Source of the DNA: an uncultured Candidatus Binatia bacterium
Lineage (GTDB): Bacteria > Desulfobacterota > Binatia > UBA9968 > JAJDTQ01
Length of the DNA stretch: 64,000 nucleotides
Assembly: GCA_965242525.1 (NCBI GenBank)
Contig: OZ251459.1
Location: forward strand, 2,432,001-2,496,000
Direction of reading: 5' to 3'
This document shows, piece after piece, positions 1 through 8,469 of the stretch. Each line of letters starts with the position of its first letter. Position 1 is the stretch's first letter. A program made the position numbers and the translations under genes. The notes beneath the pieces were generated by a model. That model saw only the letters and a program-made list of their open reading frames with translations. It was not told the origin of the DNA and searched no databases.

Positions 1-616
1 CGTTCGCACGCTTCGCCTTGAACAGAGGAGAGGTTCTCCACGTGCCGGCCGGATCGAGTATGGACGCTGCCGTCTTGCGGCGCCCAGAGTACCTGTTTAG
101 TGTCGGGTTTGGGGGATGCTCGCGGTCGCACACCAGAAACAACCTTTTTCGCGTCTGGGGGACCCTGAAGTCGGCCGCGTCAAAGGTCCGCTCGTCGAGG
201 TGGTAACCCAGTTCCCGGAGATTCCTTTTCAGTTCCTCGTACCGTGACCAGGGACGCATGTAGATGACGTTCTCGAGAACGAGCCAACGGGGTTGGAGAA
301 AGCGGGCATACTCGACCACGAGCATTGCGGTGGCACGGCTGGACTCGTCTCTCGGCGCCGAACCTTTGGCGCAGGTGTGATTGCGACACTCTGGCGACGC
401 GAGCAGGAGGTCGATCCGGCCCACCGCGGCCTTGAAGCGGTTGATAGACAGGTCTTCCAGCCGGCTGGTGACGACGTGGGCTTCCGGGAAGTTTGCTGCG
501 AAGGTAGTGGTAGCGGTCGCGCACATGTCGATTCCAGCTACGATCTCGACACCTGCCGCTCTTGCCCCGGCACTGCTCCCTCCTGCCCCGCAGAAGATGT
601 CACATCCCCGTATCAC
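1..616 (-). CDS. dcm: C5 cytosine DNA methyltransferase, 3' end beyond window edge
   Basis: Manual translation from GTG at 616: VIRGCDIFCGAGGSS (motif I FxGxGG), LASPEC (catalytic motif IV), LENV (motif VI), VPQTRKR (motif VIII). Start overlaps the vsr stop (GTGA). Absent from the ORF track because it runs off the window. Confidence 0.88.
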   Translation of the reverse strand, partial: MIRGCDIFCGAGGSSAGARAAGVEIVAGIDMCATATTTFAANFPEAHVVTSRLEDLSINRFKAAVGRIDLLLASPECRNHTCAKGSAPRDESSRATAMLVVEYARFLQPRWLVLENVIYMRPWSRYEELKRNLRELGYHLDERTFDAADFRVPQTRKRLFLVCDREHPPNPTLNRYSGRRKTAASILDPAGTWRTSPLFKAKRAN

Positions 617-1050
617 CTGACAGACTCGCTTGCGTCGCCCCTCTCCGAACCCAGGTAGTTCAGGAGGCGTTCCTGCATCGCCGCTTCGTTGCGGGTCTCG
701 CACTCCCAGAGGACGAGGACCTGCCATCCGAGTCGTTTCAAGGCGTCTTCGTTTCGGTGATCTCGGTCAACGTTCTGGCTGAACTTGTCGGTCCAGAACT
801 GCACTCTGGTTTTTGGTGTGTAGGCGTATGGGCAGCCACTGTGCCTGTGCCAGAAGCAGCCATGCACGAGGACAACGGCCCGGTGCCTTGGAAACACCAG
901 ATCAGGATGGCCCGGCAGGTCCTTGCGATACAGGCGGAAGCGGAATCCCAGGCGGTGCGCCATGCGGCGGACGACGAGTTCCGGGGTCGTGTCCCGCCAT
1001 TTGATCCTGGACATCATCTCGCTTCGTCTCTTGCCATCCACGATGTCCAT
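613..1050 (-). CDS. vsr: very short patch repair endonuclease
   Basis: MDIVDGKRRSEMMSRIK..DTTPE..LPGHPDLVF..VHGCFWHRH..LVLWECE, typical Vsr motifs; adjacent to a C5 MTase. Confidence 0.92.
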   Translation of the reverse strand: MDIVDGKRRSEMMSRIKWRDTTPELVVRRMAHRLGFRFRLYRKDLPGHPDLVFPRHRAVVLVHGCFWHRHSGCPYAYTPKTRVQFWTDKFSQNVDRDHRNEDALKRLGWQVLVLWECETRNEAAMQERLLNYLGSERGDASESVR

Positions 1051-1355
1051 TTTGAAACTGTCTGTTGTCCGAGGACGGTCGCCACGACCGTCCTCGGATG
1101 GTCCCAACCGAGGTTTGAAGGTAAAAACCAGCGTACCATACCACAGGTTGGCCGTTATTGTGCAGCGGATTCGAGATAACGTCGGTTTCGGTTGGCTCGG
1201 AGACGGCATCGGCGTCTTGTCCATCATCGTAACCTGAATCATGGTCCTCCCGTCGCCGCGGCGCATGCGCGTGGACGCTGGACCGTCCGGGGTCGATCTG
1301 CTAGACGTACACTCTTTGTATGGCCGCCTCGGCCCCTTGAACACGTCGATTCCCA

Positions 1356-2237
1356 ATGGCGCAAGACCGCGTGACCCTGGGGCTGATCCAGTCCGGAGCG
1401 GCCCCGGATCCGGACCGCAACCTCGCCGCGACCGCGCGGCGCATACGTCGTGCCGCGGAGGGCGGCGCCGAGGTCGTCTGCGTCCAGGAGTTGTTCCGCT
1501 CGCGGTACTTTCCCCGGACCGAGGACACTGCCTCGTTCGGCCTGGCGGAGACCATCCCCGGTCCCACCACCGAGCGGTTCCGCCCCCTGGCCCGGGACCT
1601 GGAGGTGGTCATCGTGGCCTCCGTGTTCGAGGCCCGCGCCCCCGGCGTCTATCACAACACCGCGGTGGTCATCGACGCGGACGGACGGGTCCTGGGCAAG
1701 TACCGCAAGATGCACATCCCCGACGACCCGGGCTTCCACGAGAAGTTCTACTTCACCCCCGGGGACCTGGGTTTCCCCGTGTTCCGCACCCGCCATGCCC
1801 GTGTGGGCGTGTTGATCTGCTGGGACCAGTGGTTTCCGGAAGCGGCGCGCCTGGCGGCCCTCGGAGGCGCCGAGATCCTCTTCTTCCCCACCGCCATCGG
1901 CTGGCGCGCGGACGAGGGCGCGGCGGCGCGCCGGGCCCAGCTCGACGCATGGGAGCTGGTGCAGCGTTCCCACGCGGTGACCAACGGCGTGTACGTGGCC
2001 GCGGTCAACCGCGTGGGCCGGGAGGGGGACCTCACCTTCTGGGGAAGCTCCTTTGCCGCGGACCCCTCCGGCCGGGTGCTGGCCCGGGCCGCCCGGCGCA
2101 AGGCCGAGACCCTGCTGGTGGAATGTGACCGGGCCGCGGTGGCGGAAGCCCGCCACGACTGGCCGTTCCTGAGGGACCGCCGGGTGGATGCCTATGGCGG
2201 CCTCACCCGCCGGCTGCTGGACGGCGAGCCCGGCTGA
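1356..2237 (+). CDS. aguB: N-carbamoylputrescine amidase (carbon-nitrogen hydrolase)
   Basis: Nitrilase triad motifs QELF, YRKMHIPDDPGFHEKFYF, ICWDQWFPE; next to agmatine deiminase. Confidence 0.85.
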   Translation: MAQDRVTLGLIQSGAAPDPDRNLAATARRIRRAAEGGAEVVCVQELFRSRYFPRTEDTASFGLAETIPGPTTERFRPLARDLEVVIVASVFEARAPGVYHNTAVVIDADGRVLGKYRKMHIPDDPGFHEKFYFTPGDLGFPVFRTRHARVGVLICWDQWFPEAARLAALGGAEILFFPTAIGWRADEGAAARRAQLDAWELVQRSHAVTNGVYVAAVNRVGREGDLTFWGSSFAADPSGRVLARAARRKAETLLVECDRAAVAEARHDWPFLRDRRVDAYGGLTRRLLDGEPG

Positions 2238-2254
2238 GCCGGACCGGTGGGGCA

Positions 2255-3373
2255 GTGGCGGAACAGGCCGTGAGCGAGGGCAGGGGAAGCGCCCGGGGCG
2301 CCCGGGGCGAGGACCGTCCGGCGCCGCCGCTCGCAGACCCGCAAGGCGCGGGTTACCGGATGCCCGCGGAATGGGAGCCGCACGCTGCGACCTGGTTGGC
2401 GTGGCCCCACAACGCGGACACCTGGCCGGACCAACTCCACCCAGTGCGCCGGACCTGGGTCGAGATCATCCGGGTGCTGGCCGCGGGCGAGGCGGTGAAC
2501 CTGCTGGTCAACGACGCCGGCTCCGAGGCCGCGGCGTCGGCTTTGCTCCGGGGCGCCGGCGTGGACCTGCGCCAAGTGGCCTTCCATCGCATCCCCACGG
2601 TGGACGTATGGATCCGGGACTACGGCCCCACCTTCGTCACCCGCGGCCCCGGGTCCGGGGCGTTGGCCCTGGTCAACTGGCGGTTCAATGCCTGGGGGCT
2701 CAAGTACCCCGATTACGTGGCCGACGACGGGGTTCCGTCGCGTATCAACGAGTCCCTCGGACTGCCCGCGTCCACTCCCGGGATCGTGCTGGAGGGGGGC
2801 TCCATCGACGTCAACGGGGCCGGGCTTTGCCTCGCCACCGAGGAGTGCCTGCTCAACCCCAACCGCAACCCCGGGTTGACCCGGGATGAGGTCGAGGCGC
2901 GGTTGCGGTCCGCGCTGGGGCTGCGGAGCGTGGTGTGGCTGCCCGCGGGCCTGCGCGGCGACGACACCGACGGCCACGTGGACAACCTCGCCCGTTTCGT
3001 CAGCGAGACCACCGTGGTGTGCGTGGTGGAGGAAGACCCGCGGGACGAGAACCACTTGGCGCTCCGGGAGAACTACCGGCGCTTGGCCGCGGCCGCCGAT
3101 GTCCGGGGCCGTAGGCTCGAAGTAGTCCCGCTGCCGCAACCCGACCCGGTGGCGGCGGCGGACGGTTCGCGGCTTCCCGCAAGCTACGCCAACTTCTACG
3201 TGGCCAACGGAGCGGTGCTCGTGCCGCTGTACAGCGGTCCCAGGGACCGGGCCGCCCTCGACACGCTGGCGGCGCTCTTCCCGGGGCGCCGGGTGGCGGG
3301 CATCGACTCGCGCGCGCTGGTCCTCGGCCTCGGGGGGGTCCACTGCGTGACCCAGCAGCAGCCGGCGGTTTGA
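2255..3373 (+). CDS. aguA: agmatine deiminase family protein
   Basis: MPAEWEPH, WIRDYGP, LEGGSIDVNG, DDTDGHVD, GGVHCVTQQQP; start uncertain. Confidence 0.88.
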   Translation: MAEQAVSEGRGSARGARGEDRPAPPLADPQGAGYRMPAEWEPHAATWLAWPHNADTWPDQLHPVRRTWVEIIRVLAAGEAVNLLVNDAGSEAAASALLRGAGVDLRQVAFHRIPTVDVWIRDYGPTFVTRGPGSGALALVNWRFNAWGLKYPDYVADDGVPSRINESLGLPASTPGIVLEGGSIDVNGAGLCLATEECLLNPNRNPGLTRDEVEARLRSALGLRSVVWLPAGLRGDDTDGHVDNLARFVSETTVVCVVEEDPRDENHLALRENYRRLAAAADVRGRRLEVVPLPQPDPVAAADGSRLPASYANFYVANGAVLVPLYSGPRDRAALDTLAALFPGRRVAGIDSRALVLGLGGVHCVTQQQPAV

Positions 3374-3397
3374 CGGGCGGGGGTCTCCCCCGGCGGC

Positions 3398-3426
3398 TTG
3401 ACACGCCGTGCGGGTGTTTCTAGGGT
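3398..3426 (+). promoter_or_regulatory. sigma70-like promoter
   Basis: TTGACA-N17-TAGGGT; the same -35/-10 pair and spacing occurs at 46909. Confidence 0.5.
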
Positions 3427-3454
3427 TGTGTCTGGCGGGCCTGCGGGCGCGGTT

Positions 3455-3703
3455 TCACCAGATCATGCGCGCCACCCGGTAGTGGGCTTGCACGAACTCC
3501 TTGGCCTGGGCTTCGGCGGCCTCGGCCGACTCGCCGCTGAAACGAAGCGGCCTGCCCGACCGGGCGAGGACGAGGCAGGCGTCCTCCAGCGCAACGCCTC
3601 CGGTGAGGACCAGGTACGCCGACCACGCGCCGCGGTCTTCGGACGAGCGGATCTCGACCCGGACGACGCCGTCGATGGAAGGAACGTGGATGTCGAACTT
3701 CAT
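3455..3703 (-). CDS. small hypothetical protein
   Basis: 82 aa ORF with GAGG upstream and protein-like composition; no recognised motif. Confidence 0.6.
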   Translation of the reverse strand: MKFDIHVPSIDGVVRVEIRSSEDRGAWSAYLVLTGGVALEDACLVLARSGRPLRFSGESAEAAEAQAKEFVQAHYRVARMIW

Positions 3704-3819
3704 GCGGCCTCAGTCTGGCGTCCGGCGGCCGGCAAGTCAAGGCGCAGGAAGTCTCGCGCGCCCGGGCGAGACCCGGGCGCGGCGGAGCGACGACGACGGC
3801 CGGGAGGAGCGGACGTCGA

Positions 3820-3982
3820 AGGAACCCTGAACGACGCCACCCGTCCCTGAACGACGCCACGCCGGAACGGGGGGTCAGTTATGGCCGTCACCGGATCCCC
3901 GTCCCTGAACGCCGCCGCCCGTTCGTCCTGAGCGTAGCGTAGCGGAGTCGAAGGACGGGATCTTCGATTGCTCAGAGGTTCC
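3820..3982. mobile_element. MITE-like element with IS5-type ends carrying a REP-like motif
   Basis: Ends AGGAACCCTGAACGA / TTGCTCAGAGGTTCC, flanked by a TCGA duplication; internal CCGTTCGTCCTGAGCGTAGCGTAGCGGAGTCGAAGGACG. Confidence 0.55.
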
Positions 3983-4015
3983 TCGAGCCGGAATGGACCA
4001 TGAAAGGCGGGCGCC

Positions 4016-4405
4016 GTGCCGACGCAACCCAGCAAGGAAATCGAGACCATCCCCAACCCGCGGCGGGATCGGGACTACGAAGTGGCCATGGAGTGCCCGG
4101 AGTTCACCTGCGTCTGCCCCCGGACCGGACAACCGGACTTCGCCACCATCCGCGTCCGCTACGTCCCCGGACCCGCGTGCATCGAGCTCCTGTCTCTGAA
4201 GCTCTACCTCTGGTCGTTCCGTGAGGAAGGGGTTTTCCACGAGGACGTGGTCAACCGCATACTCGACGACCTGGTGGCGGCCTGCTCGCCGAAATCCATG
4301 AGCGTGGTCGGGGAATTCCACGTGCGAGGCGGCATCCGTACGGTGGTGAGCGCGGAGTACCGGGCGGCCGATGGCGGCGACGCGGGAACGGCCGAGGGGG
4401 GTTGA
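4016..4405 (+). CDS. queF: preQ0 reductase (7-cyano-7-deazaguanine reductase)
   Basis: [36 protein letters not shown] motifs. Confidence 0.92.
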   Translation: MPTQPSKEIETIPNPRRDRDYEVAMECPEFTCVCPRTGQPDFATIRVRYVPGPACIELLSLKLYLWSFREEGVFHEDVVNRILDDLVAACSPKSMSVVGEFHVRGGIRTVVSAEYRAADGGDAGTAEGG

Positions 4406-4408
4406 GCC

Positions 4409-5788
4409 ATGGCGGACGTGACCGAGAACTTTCGCAAGCTCCCGCCCCAGAACCTGGAGGCGGAGGCGTCGATCCTCGGCGGCGTGCTGCTGGACAACGA
4501 GTCCATGAACATCGTGGTGGAGCTGGTGAAGTTCGACGACCTGTACCGGGACTCGCACCGCAAGATCTACCGGGCCATGGTGGACCTCTGGGAACGCAGC
4601 GAGCCGGTGGACCTCATCACCCTGAGCGACCACATGAAGGCCAAGGGCGAGCTGGAGTCCGTCGGCGGCTCCGCCTACCTGGCCGAACTCGCGACCCAGA
4701 TCCCCACCGCGGCCAACATCGCCCACTACGCGCGCATCGTGCGGGACAAGGCCATACTGCGCCACCTGATCCGGGCCTCCACCGACATCGCCACACGGGG
4801 GCTGGAGGAAAGGGGCGACGTCGATACCTTCCTGGACGACGCGGAACGCGCCATCTTCGACATCTCGGAAAAACGCATCGGGGCCTCCTTCGTGAAGGTC
4901 GGCGACGTCATGATGGACGCCATCAAGAAGGTCGAGACGCTCTACAACCGCAAGGAGATGGTGACCGGAGTGGCCACCGGCTACCGGGACCTGGACCTGT
5001 TGACCGCGGGGTTCCAGCCGTCGGACCTGTTGATCGTCGCGGGGCGGCCGGCCATGGGGAAGACCGCGTTCGCCCTCAACGTCGCGGCCAACGCCTCGCT
5101 GCACCAGGGCGTGGGCGTGGCGGTCTTCTCACTGGAGATGGCCACGGAGCAACTGGTGCTGAGGCTGCTTTGCTCGGAGGCGAGGGTGGATCATGCCCGG
5201 CTCCGCACCGGCCACCTGAAGGAAAGCGAGTTCCCGGAGCTGGTGACGGCCGCGGGGAGGCTCAGGGACGCGCCGGTCTATATCGACGACACGCCCGCGT
5301 TGTCGGTGCTGGAGGTCCGGGCCAAGACCCGGCGGCTGTTGCGGGACAAGTCCAGCAAGCTGGGCCTGGTGGTCATCGACTACCTCCAGCTCATGCGCGG
5401 CCACGGCGATTCGCCCAACCGCGAGCAGGAGATCTCGGAGATCTCGCGCTCCCTCAAGGCCCTCGCCAAGGAGCTGAGCGTTCCGGTGGTGGCCATCTCC
5501 CAGCTCAACCGGCGGGTGGAGGAGCGGAGCGACAAGCGCCCGGTCATGGCCGACCTGCGGGAGTCCGGCGCCATCGAGCAGGACGCCGACGTGATCATGT
5601 TCGTGTACCGGGACGATGCCTACGACCCGAAGAAGAACCCGGGCCTGGCCGAGGTCATCGTGGCCAAGCAGCGCAACGGCCCGGTGGACACGGTGCAACT
5701 CGCCTTCCTCAAGGAATACACCCGCTTCGAGGACTATTCGGGACGCGACGACGAGGGTTACTCGGACGCCGAAGCCGAGGAGTATTAG
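4409..5788 (+). CDS. dnaB: replicative DNA helicase
   Basis: PPQNLEAE, AGRPAMGKT, IDYLQLM, DLRESGAIEQDAD, KQRNGP. Confidence 0.98.
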   Translation: MADVTENFRKLPPQNLEAEASILGGVLLDNESMNIVVELVKFDDLYRDSHRKIYRAMVDLWERSEPVDLITLSDHMKAKGELESVGGSAYLAELATQIPTAANIAHYARIVRDKAILRHLIRASTDIATRGLEERGDVDTFLDDAERAIFDISEKRIGASFVKVGDVMMDAIKKVETLYNRKEMVTGVATGYRDLDLLTAGFQPSDLLIVAGRPAMGKTAFALNVAANASLHQGVGVAVFSLEMATEQLVLRLLCSEARVDHARLRTGHLKESEFPELVTAAGRLRDAPVYIDDTPALSVLEVRAKTRRLLRDKSSKLGLVVIDYLQLMRGHGDSPNREQEISEISRSLKALAKELSVPVVAISQLNRRVEERSDKRPVMADLRESGAIEQDADVIMFVYRDDAYDPKKNPGLAEVIVAKQRNGPVDTVQLAFLKEYTRFEDYSGRDDEGYSDAEAEEY

Positions 5789-5791
5789 GAG

Positions 5792-5820
5792 GGTTTCCCC
5801 GCACGCGCGGGGATAGACTC
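5792..5820 (+). CRISPR. solitary type I-E-like CRISPR repeat R1
   Basis: GGTTTCCCCGCACGCGCGGGGATAGACTC: 29 nt, CCCCGC/GCGGGG hairpin with 4-nt loop and ATAGACTC handle, resembling the I-E consensus; 3 nt after the dnaB stop. Confidence 0.65.
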
Positions 5821-6064
5821 GAACCCGTCCGCACGCCGATAGCAATACGGGTTTATGGCGACGACGGGATATGTTTACTTGGGCGCGCCAATGGAGATCC
5901 TGCGGGAGAGTGGCCGGACTGGGCAGACGGGCGCGCCAAACGACGGCTACCCAGCCGGTATCCGGGGGAGCGTGCAACCAGCTATGTAGCCACGACTGGG
6001 CGGTTTTCAAGGCTTCGGAACTTGCCGGAATGCGGCCGGCCGTCTTCGGAGTAAGGGAAGGGAA

Positions 6065-6262
6065 ATGGCAAAGGGGAAACTGGTTTGGCATCGACACAAG
6101 CGGACCGAAGGCACGGCCGTTGTTTGCGGCGCCAGTGTCAAGCGCGCTCGGGCTCGGGTGGAAGCCTGGTCCGATGTTTCCTGCATGGTTTGCATACGCA
6201 AAGGGCATGAAAGCGGGGAATACCCTTATGGGCAAGCGCCCGAAGAGGACAACCGGCAATAA
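6065..6262 (+). CDS. small Cys/His-containing (possible Zn-binding) hypothetical protein
   Basis: 65 aa, purine-rich RBS (GGGAAGGGAA), HxH..C..W..VxCxxC pattern. Confidence 0.55.
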   Translation: MAKGKLVWHRHKRTEGTAVVCGASVKRARARVEAWSDVSCMVCIRKGHESGEYPYGQAPEEDNRQ

Positions 6263-6336
6263 TGTATGTACTCCCTTACGATCACTTTGGTTCGATGGCA
6301 ACTATAATCGGAACCTTAACAGGTTCCGGCAGGCCG

Positions 6337-6407
6337 TGGCGCCGGAAGCATTCACGCTACTCTCATGCCTGCGGGCGAGCGCGGGGGTCGTGGCCCGCCC
6401 GGCGCCA
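6337..6407 (+). ncRNA. putative structured tRNA-like small RNA, copy 1
   Basis: TGGCGCCGG/CCGGCGCCA closing stem, GCC-TGCG-GGC hairpin, GCGGG/CCCGC stem; homologous to 8285-8355 and 8645-8712; TATAAT at 6303. Confidence 0.55.
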
Positions 6408-6408
6408 C

Positions 6409-6750
6409 TCACCACTTTCCCTCTTGTCTATCGGACCTTCTTGAACCTTCGGCGGGCGACCCTGATGTCGCAATCTCGCCCGCGAAGTCGTCCACCAACT
6501 GAAAGGCGGCCTGCGCTCCTTGGACCGATCCGGCGACGGTCTCCAAGAACGCCTCCAGCGTCTGCGTGTCGACGCCGAGGACACGACTGACGAGGTTACG
6601 GACGCCGTTGCTGAGCGAAGAAGCCAGACTGGTCAATCCGACAGCCGCCGGCAGCGGGGACACCGACTTCGAGGCTCTGAGGACCTTCTTCAGCGATCCG
6701 GAGAAGTGATCGACGAAACGCAGGATCGCGCGCAGATTCAGGTCAGCCAT
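6409..6750 (-). pseudogene. phage tape-measure protein N-terminal fragment A
   Basis: MADLNLRAILRFVDHFSGSLKKV... LETVAGSVQGAQAAFQLVDDFA resembles TMP N-termini; truncated near 6480. Confidence 0.55.
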
Positions 6751-6786
6751 GGTTGACTTTCAGGGTGGGAGGCATATATTCACAGT

Positions 6787-6960
6787 ATGGATTTCATCAT
6801 CGGCATCGTGCTCATCTGGATCGCCGTGAAGCTCTGGAGGATCGCCAAGAAACTGGAGCGGGTGGTGGAGGTGATGACAAGCATCGATCCCGACGACCTC
6901 GATGCGACGTTTAGGGCGCTAGACGAAATCGACCCACCTGCGAAGTCCGCTCCGCATTGA
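6787..6960 (+). CDS. small single-TM membrane protein (moron-like 1)
   Basis: Manual translation MDFIIGIVLIWIAVKLWRIAKKLERVVEVMTSIDPDDLDATFRALDEIDPPAKSAPH (57 aa, below ORF-track cutoff); preceded by TTGACT-N16-TATATT. Confidence 0.65.
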   Translation: MDFIIGIVLIWIAVKLWRIAKKLERVVEVMTSIDPDDLDATFRALDEIDPPAKSAPH

Positions 6961-7186
6961 GCGCCTCACTCGCCCCGTCCTCCATCCACATCAACCCGTC
7001 CAGGGTCTCCGGCGCCAGAGGCAGCAGCCCCGACAGGTCCAACAGCGCCCGCCCCCTGGGTTCAGTCGAGGCCCACGCCACCGGCCCGAAGCCGGCTCCA
7101 ATCAAGCCTCTCTCGGCCGACTTCACCGACTCTTGCGTCTGGTCCCGGCCACGGATGCTGATGAGCGCGGCGAGATTCGTGGCCAT
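6911..7186 (-). pseudogene. chimeric ORF: tape-measure N-terminus B fused to tail-chaperone-like (DUF1799-like) C-terminus A
   Basis: MATNLAALISIRGRDQTQESVKSAERGL joined to ...LDLSGLLPLAPETLDGLMWMEDGASEALN. Confidence 0.5.
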
Positions 7187-7220
7187 TGACTTGATTCCTC
7201 TGGTGCTCTATACGGGAGCC

Positions 7221-7439
7221 ATGAGAGTCAGGATCGACCTTGATTTGGGCGGGGTCCTTAGCTGCATCGGCGCCATGCTTTACGTCTTGGTGACCGGGAT
7301 CGTGCTGTTCAGCGCCGTGCTCCTCATGGCGGACGGCGTCCGCTTCTCGCTTCCCACCATCCTGATGCTGAGCCTGCTGGGCACGCTCGTCGTGCCGGCT
7401 GTGCGCTACATCGTCCGGTTCAATCGCTACGGCAGTTGA
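7221..7439 (+). CDS. small two-TM membrane protein (moron-like 2)
   Basis: MRVRIDLDLGGVLSCIGAMLYVLVTGIVLFSAVLLM...LLGTLVVPAVRYIVRFNRYGS; preceded by TTGACT-N17-TATACG. Confidence 0.65.
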   Translation: MRVRIDLDLGGVLSCIGAMLYVLVTGIVLFSAVLLMADGVRFSLPTILMLSLLGTLVVPAVRYIVRFNRYGS

Positions 7440-7578
7440 GCGCCGCGGCCGCGCCTTCCGCCATCCACATCAACCCGTCCAGCGTGTCCCGTTCCAGTGG
7501 CAGCAGGCCCGCCATGTCGAGGGTCGCTCGCACTCCGGGCCAGTCCAGACGCCAGATCACGTAGCCCGTCTGCCCGAG
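7420..7578 (-). pseudogene. tail-chaperone-like (DUF1799-like) C-terminal fragment B
   Basis: LGQTGYVIWRLDWPGVRATLDMAGLLPLERDTLDGLMWMAEGAAAALN; homologous to fragment A; abuts CRISPR repeat R2. Confidence 0.55.
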
Positions 7579-7579
7579 A

Positions 7580-7608
7580 GGTTCCCCCGCACGTGCAGGG
7601 ATAGACTC
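7580..7608 (+). CRISPR. solitary type I-E-like CRISPR repeat R2
   Basis: GGTTCCCCCGCACGTGCAGGGATAGACTC, 3 mismatches to R1, same orientation. Confidence 0.65.
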
Positions 7609-7609
7609 G

Positions 7610-7877
7610 GCGCGGACCGGAGGTCCGTTCCGGTCCCGCGGGTGAGGTCGAATACGGCCTCGGCCGCCTCCTGGGTCGGCGTGGCCTGCAACGCGGTGTC
7701 CGCAATGCGACCGATCCGCCGGATGATGCCTATGCCGCCCAGGACGGTCAGGGCGTCGGCGCAGTACTTGCCGATGTTGCCGGCCAGGCGGCGGAAGCGC
7801 TTGTCGGCCGAATCCGTCCCCGCCTTGGTCCTGTCCAAGGCTTCGAGGACCGCCCCGAATCTTATGGGATCAGCCAC
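7610..7877 (-). pseudogene. phage tape-measure protein N-terminal fragment C
   Basis: VADPIRFGAVLEALDRTKAGTDSADKRFRRL...QEAAEAVFDLTRGTGTDL; cut off at repeat R2. Confidence 0.5.
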
Positions 7878-7913
7878 TTGACACCAGTTCCTTCGATGGC
7901 TATTGGGATAGGC

Positions 7914-8093
7914 ATGGCAACCATCGCCGAGTTCGTCCTGCGGGTAGGGTTCGCCGTGGCGCTGATCTTCGCCTCGCCGTTTCTGCTGCTCTTCATCTTG
8001 AGCTACCAGGAACATCCCGAGTTGGCCTTGATGTCCGGCGGAATAGCTGCATGGCTGCTCATGAAGATCTTCGTGCCGCGGCGGTATCAGTGA
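7914..8093 (+). CDS. small two-TM membrane protein (moron-like 3)
   Basis: MATIAEFVLRVGFAVALIFASPFLLLFILSYQEHPELALMSGGIAAWLLMKIFVPRRYQ; preceded by TTGACA-N17-TATTGG. Confidence 0.65.
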   Translation: MATIAEFVLRVGFAVALIFASPFLLLFILSYQEHPELALMSGGIAAWLLMKIFVPRRYQ

Positions 8094-8099
8094 TCCGCC

Positions 8100-8160
8100 T
8101 CATGTGACCTTCCGGTTCAGCGCATCATCGACCAAGACGAAGTACTCCAGCCCAACAAAC
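8100..8160 (-). pseudogene. short tail-chaperone-like C-terminal fragment C
   Basis: TFVGLEYFVLVDDALNRKVT* occupies the same position relative to the moron as fragments A/B and aligns weakly with TLDGLMWM..ALN. Confidence 0.35.
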
Positions 8161-8284
8161 GTCCTCCAGGACGGACCCGAGACCTACCTGCTCGCGCTGC
8201 ACCGCATGGAGGAATACATCCTCGCCGCCGCTCGCCGGAAACCGAAGAAAATCAGGCAGGGAAGTCGAAAAGCTGTTGAGATGA

Positions 8285-8355
8285 GGCGCTGGGCGGGCCA
8301 CAACCCCCGCGCTCGCCCGCAGGCATGAGAGTATTGCGAATATGCTTCCAGCGCC
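8285..8355 (-). ncRNA. putative structured tRNA-like small RNA, copy 2
   Basis: GGCGCTGG/CCAGCGCC stem; promoter TTGACA(8391-8386)-N17-TAGGTT(8368-8363) lies 7 nt upstream. Confidence 0.6.
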
Positions 8356-8469
8356 AGCCCGGAACCTAACCCGGACCGCCGCAGTTGTCAATCAGAAGGT
8401 TGGCTTCTTGCGGCTTTTGTGTGGGCAGGATTTACGGCGTAGGTACGGCGAGGTTGAGGGAAGGAGTCG

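Noticed and set aside
6337-6407. Bona fide tRNA-Met (CTCAT present)
   Set aside because: No TTC T-loop, no D-arm consensus, and CAT is not in a 7-nt anticodon loop.
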